This document shows positions 59,124 to 64,000 of a DNA stretch of 64,000 nucleotides, piece by piece. A program made the position numbers and the translations under genes. Location of the stretch: positions 416,001-480,000 of the forward strand of contig JAVJQW010000070.1 of the NCBI GenBank assembly GCA_040218735.1. Direction: 5' to 3'. Origin of the DNA: Deltaproteobacteria bacterium. GTDB lineage: Bacteria > Myxococcota > Kuafuiibacteriia > Kuafuiibacteriales > Kuafuiibacteriaceae. Every line of letters begins with the position of its first letter. Position 1 is the stretch's first letter. The notes under the pieces are model-generated. The model was not told where the DNA came from. It saw nothing but the letters and a program-made list of their open reading frames with translations, and did no database searches.

Positions 59124-60940
59124 TCGTCCACCTTGAGGATCGAAAGGAAGGCCTCCTGGGGGACCTCCACGGCGCCGACCTGCTTCATCCGGCGCTTTCC
59201 TTCCTTCTGCCGCTCGATCAGCTTGCGCTTACGGGAGATGTCCCCGCCGTAGCACTTCGCCGTCACGTCCTTACGGTACGCCTTCACGGTCTCCCGCGAA
59301 ATCACCTTGTTGCCGATCGCCGCCTGGATGGCCACATCGAACTGCTGACGCGGGATGATCTCCTTGAGCTTCGTCACGAGCAACTTCCCACGCTCGTACG
59401 CCCGCTCGCGGTGGACGATGATCGACAGGGCGTCGACGCGCTCCCCGTTGAGCAGCACGTCGAGCCGCACGAGCGGCGCGGCGCGATACCCCGACAGCTC
59501 GTAATCGAGCGATGCGTAGCCACGGCTGACCGACTTCATCTTGTCGAAGAAGTCATAGACGACCTCCGCGAAAGGCAGCGCGTACGTGAGCATCACGCGC
59601 GACTTCGTCACGTACTCCATCCCGAGCTGCGTGCCGCGGCGATCCTCGCAGAGCTTCATCAGGCTCCCGACGTAGTCCGACGGGGTGTGGATCTTCACCT
59701 TCACCACCGGCTCCTCGAGCAGCTCGACCTCGTCGGACGGCGGGAGGAGGGACGGGTTGTCGATGGACACGACCTCCCCACCCTTGCGGGTCACGCGGTA
59801 CACGGTCGTCGGCGAGGTGGTGATCAGCTCCGCGCCGAACTCCCGCTCGAGCCGCTCCTGCACGATGTTCATGTGGAGCAACCCGAGGAACCCGCAGCGG
59901 AACCCGAACCCGAGCGCCTGCGAGGACTCCGGCTCGAACGAAAACGCCGCGTCGTTGAGGCGGAGCTTGTCGAGCGCGTCGCGGAGCGCCTCGTACCCGG
60001 AGTTGAGGATCGGGAAGAAGCCGGCGAACACCATCGGCTTCACGTCGCGGAAGCCCGGCAGGCGCGAGGTCTTCGGCGCGTCGGCGGCGATGACGGTGTC
60101 ACCGACCTTCGCGTTGCGGACCTCCTTGATGCTCGCGGAGAAGAAGCCGACCTCCCCCGCGACGAGCTGGTCGAGCTTCGCGGGGTGCGGCGCGAAGCAG
60201 CCGATCTCCATGACCTCGAAGGATCGCGAGGGGTTCTGCCCGAAAGCGATCCTCTCCCTCAGCTTCAACCGCCCCTGCTTCACCCGCACCAGGCAGATGA
60301 CGCCGCGGTAGGGATCGAACCACGAGTCGACGAGGAGCGCCTGCAGCGGCGCTTCGCGATCACCGTCCGGCGGGAGCATCCCCTCCACGACGGCCTCGAG
60401 GATGTCGTCGATCCCCACGCCGGTCTTGGCGCTGGCGAGGATCGCGTTCGAGGCGTCGAGGCCGACGACGTCCTCGATCTCCTCCTTCACCTCGTCGGGG
60501 CGCGCCGCGGGGAGGTCGATCTTGTTGATGACCGGGATGATCTCCAGGTCCTGGTCGAGCGCCAGGTAGACGTTCGCGAGGGTCTGCGCCTCGACGCCCT
60601 GCGCCGCGTCGACGACGAGCAGGGCCCCCTCACACGCCGCGAGCGACCGCGAGACCTCATAGGTGAAGTCGACGTGGCCGGGGGTGTCGATCAGGTTCAG
60701 CTGGTAGAGGTGCCCGTCCTTGGCGCGGTACGGCAGCCGTACCGCCTGGGCCTTGATGGTGATGCCCCGCTCCCGCTCCAGGTCCATCTTGTCGAGCCAC
60801 TGGTCGGACTTTTCGCGGTCCGACAGGGCGCCCGTCCGCTCGAGGATCCGGTCGGCGAGCGTCGACTTGCCGTGATCGATGTGGGCGATGATCGAGAAGT
60901 TGCGGATTCGATCGATCGGGAAGTCGGATTCGCTGGCCAT
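59120..60940 (-). CDS. lepA: Elongation factor 4
   Basis: [58 protein letters not shown]. Confidence 0.97.
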   Translation of the reverse strand: MASESDFPIDRIRNFSIIAHIDHGKSTLADRILERTGALSDREKSDQWLDKMDLERERGITIKAQAVRLPYRAKDGHLYQLNLIDTPGHVDFTYEVSRSLAACEGALLVVDAAQGVEAQTLANVYLALDQDLEIIPVINKIDLPAARPDEVKEEIEDVVGLDASNAILASAKTGVGIDDILEAVVEGMLPPDGDREAPLQALLVDSWFDPYRGVICLVRVKQGRLKLRERIAFGQNPSRSFEVMEIGCFAPHPAKLDQLVAGEVGFFSASIKEVRNAKVGDTVIAADAPKTSRLPGFRDVKPMVFAGFFPILNSGYEALRDALDKLRLNDAAFSFEPESSQALGFGFRCGFLGLLHMNIVQERLEREFGAELITTSPTTVYRVTRKGGEVVSIDNPSLLPPSDEVELLEEPVVKVKIHTPSDYVGSLMKLCEDRRGTQLGMEYVTKSRVMLTYALPFAEVVYDFFDKMKSVSRGYASLDYELSGYRAAPLVRLDVLLNGERVDALSIIVHRERAYERGKLLVTKLKEIIPRQQFDVAIQAAIGNKVISRETVKAYRKDVTAKCYGGDISRKRKLIERQKEGKRRMKQVGAVEVPQEAFLSILKVDE

Positions 60941-60957
60941 GCAGGCTGCGCGGGAGG

Positions 60958-61887
60958 TTAGGGAGCCCTCGGCGCGAAAGACAAGCCAAAGATACGACGG
61001 GCGGCCTCGGCCACCGACGGGTCCGCGGTGTCGGTCTCGGCGAGGTGTTTCAGCGTGCGGCCCGTCGCCGCGGGGAGGAGCGGGAGGACGATCGACGGGG
61101 GCGTGAAGGGGTTCGTCAGCACGGCGTGCTGCACACGGTCGGAGACGATCCAGCGATCCGCTTCGAGGATCGCGTGCACCACGGGCGGGCGGATCGGACG
61201 GCGCGTCGCGATCCTCAGGACGTCCTCCTCGTTCACCCAGTCCAGCGCGAGCAGCGCGCGGACCCGCGCCGGGTCCGTGAGGAGGACGTACGCGTCGAGG
61301 CGTCGGCCGTTGAGGAAGCGACGCTGCGCCGGGGTCCAGCGCTCGAGCTCCCGCCGCGGAGGCGGCACGGCCCACCGCTCGAGCTCCTCGGCGTCCATCG
61401 CGGCGATCGCGTCGGCGTCGTAGTGAGCGCACCACGGCACCGGGCCCTCGTGCGGCACACGATCCGCGTCGCGCCAGACCACGGCGCGCGACGCGAAGCG
61501 CCGGGTCGACCGACCGAAGTCCGCCGGGCGCGCGTGCCGCGACACCAAGCGATGCGCCGCGGGCCGCGCGAGGAGCATCGCGGCGAGCGCGAGCTGCTCG
61601 GCCTGCGCGAATGCCAACGCGGCGTCGACCGCGTCTTCGCCCGCTTCGGCGCGGCGCTCTGCGATCGCGAGCCCCAACGCAAACGACGTCTGCTGCGCGC
61701 GCCCGTCGCGACGCGCGGCGAGGCGCGCGATCCGCTCGACGACGATCGCCAGCTCGGCGGGCGACCACGTCCGCAGGTGCCGCCGCATCACACCCCGCCG
61801 CAGGCCGAGCCCGCGGAGGCTGGGGATGGATTGGAGCAACGCGCGGACCCGCGAAGGCTCTTGCACCGTTGCGGCCAACATCGTCAT
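60958..61887 (-). CDS. Hypothetical helical-repeat protein
   Basis: Fills the gap upstream of lepA. 'VLRIATRRP' and 'VLTNPFTP' are LRV/HEAT-like motifs. Confidence 0.55.
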   Translation of the reverse strand: MTMLAATVQEPSRVRALLQSIPSLRGLGLRRGVMRRHLRTWSPAELAIVVERIARLAARRDGRAQQTSFALGLAIAERRAEAGEDAVDAALAFAQAEQLALAAMLLARPAAHRLVSRHARPADFGRSTRRFASRAVVWRDADRVPHEGPVPWCAHYDADAIAAMDAEELERWAVPPPRRELERWTPAQRRFLNGRRLDAYVLLTDPARVRALLALDWVNEEDVLRIATRRPIRPPVVHAILEADRWIVSDRVQHAVLTNPFTPPSIVLPLLPAATGRTLKHLAETDTADPSVAEAARRIFGLSFAPRAP

Positions 61888-61988
61888 TTCAGCCTACGCG
61901 AAGACGGCGGGAGGGGTCACCTACGGACTCATGACGCACCGCAGAAACAGGTGACGAATCCGGGCGCCGCCGCTACGGTCCGCGTCCC

Positions 61989-63590
61989 ATGAGTGACGCA
62001 CCGTTTCGAGTACTCGTCAGCGACAAACTCGCGCCCGAAGGCATCCAGATCTTCGAGGGCGCCGAGGGGGTGGAGGTCGACAACCGCCCTGGCCTCTCCG
62101 CGGAGGACCTGTTGGGGGTCATCCACCAGTACGACGGCCTCGCGATCCGCAGCGCCACCAAGGTGACGCGCGAGGTGCTCGACAAGGCCACGAAGCTCAA
62201 GGTCGTGGGCCGCGCCGGGATCGGGACGGACAACGTCGACAAACCCGCCGCCTCCGAAAAGGGCGTGCTGGTGATGAACACGCCCGACGGCAACGTGGTG
62301 ACCACCGCCGAGCACGCGATCTCGCTGATGTGCTCGCTCATGCGGAACATCCCCCAGGCGACGGCGTCGATGAAGGCCGGCAAGTGGGAGAAGTCGAAGT
62401 TCGGCGGCAAGGAGCTGTACGACAAGACGCTGGGCGTCGTCGGGCTCGGCAACATCGGCACGATCGTGGCAAACCGGGCGCGGGGGCTGTCGATGAAGGT
62501 GGTCGCCTACGATCCCTTCGTCACGAAGGAGCGGGCCGCGAACCTCGGCGTGGAGCTCGCGGACCTCGACACCCTCCTCGCGCGCGCCGACATCGTCACG
62601 CTGCACGTCCCGCTCGTGGACGGGACGAAGAACATCATCTCGAAGGACGCCATCGCGAAGATGAAGAAGGGTGCGTTCCTGGTGAACGCGGCGCGTGGGG
62701 GGCTCGTCGATGAAGCCGCGGTGGTCGCAGCGCTGGAGTCCGGGCACCTCGCGGGGGCAGCGTTCGACGTCTTCGAGAAGGAGCCGCCGCCCGCCGATCA
62801 CCCCCTCCTGCACCGCGACGACGTCATCCTCACGCCCCACCTCGGCGCGTCGACGACGGAAGCGCAGGTCAACGTCGCGGTCGCGGTCGCGCAGCAGATC
62901 GTCGCGTACCTGACCGAGGGCGTGATTCAGAATGCGGTGAACGCGCCGGCGGTGTCGCCGGAGCTGATGAAGGTCGTCGGCCCGTACCTCGACCTGTCGC
63001 GAAAGATGGGCCGCATGGCGGGGCAGCTGCACGCCGGGGGCGTCGAGAAGGTGCGCGCGGTGTTCGCCGGGAAGAGCACCGAGCTCCCCGAGGCGCCCGT
63101 GACGGCGGCGCTGCTGACGGGGCTCCTCGAGTCCGCGTTCGGCCGCGACGTGAACCCGGTGAGCGCGCCGTACCTCGCGAAGGAGCGCGGCATCGAGGTC
63201 GTGGTCGAGCGCACCACGAAGGCGAAGGCGTTCTCGAACGGGATCTCGCTGGAGGTGTCGGGCGCGAAGACGACGAAGATCGTCGGCGCGATGTTCGGCG
63301 ACGAGACGCCGCGCATCGTCTCGGTGAACGGCTTTTCGGTGGAGGTCGTGCCGGAGGGGCGGCTGCTCCTCACGCACCACCACGACCGGCCGGGCATGCT
63401 CGGGCGCATCGGGACGATCCTCGGAGACAACGACGTCAACATCTCGCGCCTCGCGCTCGCGCGCTCCTCGGCGGACTCGGACGTCGCGGAGGCGGTGTTC
63501 TCGATCGACGGCGCGGTGCCGGAGGCGGTGCTGAAGACGATCACCGAGATCGACGGGATCGATTGGGCCAAACCGATCGACCTCGGCTGA
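61989..63590 (+). CDS. serA: D-3-phosphoglycerate dehydrogenase
   Basis: IRSATKVT, GRAGIG.DNVD, GLGNIG, N.ARGG, TPHLGAST.EAQ, C-terminal ACT (DRPGMLG). Confidence 0.95.
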   Translation: MSDAPFRVLVSDKLAPEGIQIFEGAEGVEVDNRPGLSAEDLLGVIHQYDGLAIRSATKVTREVLDKATKLKVVGRAGIGTDNVDKPAASEKGVLVMNTPDGNVVTTAEHAISLMCSLMRNIPQATASMKAGKWEKSKFGGKELYDKTLGVVGLGNIGTIVANRARGLSMKVVAYDPFVTKERAANLGVELADLDTLLARADIVTLHVPLVDGTKNIISKDAIAKMKKGAFLVNAARGGLVDEAAVVAALESGHLAGAAFDVFEKEPPPADHPLLHRDDVILTPHLGASTTEAQVNVAVAVAQQIVAYLTEGVIQNAVNAPAVSPELMKVVGPYLDLSRKMGRMAGQLHAGGVEKVRAVFAGKSTELPEAPVTAALLTGLLESAFGRDVNPVSAPYLAKERGIEVVVERTTKAKAFSNGISLEVSGAKTTKIVGAMFGDETPRIVSVNGFSVEVVPEGRLLLTHHHDRPGMLGRIGTILGDNDVNISRLALARSSADSDVAEAVFSIDGAVPEAVLKTITEIDGIDWAKPIDLG

Positions 63591-63609
63591 TCGAGTCGAG
63601 AGACAAGCC

Positions 63610-63652
63610 AAAAAGTCTGTTTGACTCTTTTAGCATTGGTGCTCAGGTTGAG
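63610..63652 (+). promoter_or_regulatory. Putative NrtR-type operators upstream of the NADAR gene
   Basis: AAAAAGTCTGTTTGACTCTTT (GT-N7-AC palindrome) and CTCAGGTTGAG (CT-N7-AG). Confidence 0.5.
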
Positions 63653-63656
63653 GGGT

Positions 63657-64000
63657 ATGTTGCCGCTCGATCTGGACACCCTCCGCTCGGCCGTCGCGGC
63701 CGGCGCGAAGTTCGACTACCTCCCCTTCTACGGCCACCGCCCCTCCGAGGACGGCACGGTCACGCGCGCCTGCTTGTCGCAGTGGTACGTGTTCCCGTTC
63801 GACGTCGACGGGGTCACCTACGTGACCGCCGAGCACTGGATGATGGCGGGCAAGGCGCGCCTGTTCGGTGACGAAGCGATGCTCGCCGCGATCCTCGCGG
63901 CCCCCTCCCCGGCCGACGCCAAGAAGCTCGGCCGTCGGGTACGCGGCTTCGACGACGCCGCCTGGAAGGCGGCGCGCTTCGACCTCGTGACCGAGGGCAA
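63657..64000 (+). CDS. NADAR/YbiA-family protein (runs off the window end)
   Basis: Manual translation from ATG 63657: ...FYGH...CLSQWY...YVTAEHWMMAGKARLFGD...P..AKKLGRRVRGFD...W. Not in the ORF track. Confidence 0.88.
   Translation, partial: MLPLDLDTLRSAVAAGAKFDYLPFYGHRPSEDGTVTRACLSQWYVFPFDVDGVTYVTAEHWMMAGKARLFGDEAMLAAILAAPSPADAKKLGRRVRGFDDAAWKAARFDLVTEG

Overview
GC-rich bacterial chromosomal window, most likely Myxococcota (inferred from the CarD/CdnL protein, FHA-sigma54 activator, Hanks kinases, PP2C-cNMP phosphatase and many Cys-lipoproteins). It is mostly housekeeping and signalling genes: uvrC (partial), ogt, ada-alkA, uvrB, cysS, carD-like, PMM/PGM, manC, tamB-tamA, adenosine kinase, mtnP, rlmN, ndk, lepB, lepA, serA and a partial NADAR gene. 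The standout is a visibly AT-richer three-gene island (~48.8-53.5 kb, minus strand). It encodes (i) a small hydrophobic-hairpin/winged-helix protein, (ii) a ~926-aa protein with tandem TIR-like domains, a helical death-like/EAD-type domain and an intact CHAT (caspase-like) protease, and (iii) an ASK1-like DUF4071/TRAF-binding TPR protein. Together these look like a candidate undescribed immunity or programmed-death system. Other notable items: a standalone homologue of the diatom cadmium (zeta-class) carbonic anhydrase, a CysRS with a four-Cys insertion before KMSKS, a half-site adenylate cyclase in an operon with an OmpA-FecR-barrel protein and a kinase, a 1396-aa repetitive beta-strand protein, a good sigma54 promoter and NrtR-like operators. 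I saw no rRNA, tRNA, CRISPR array, integrase or transposase. All calls come from reading motifs by eye; no searches were run.
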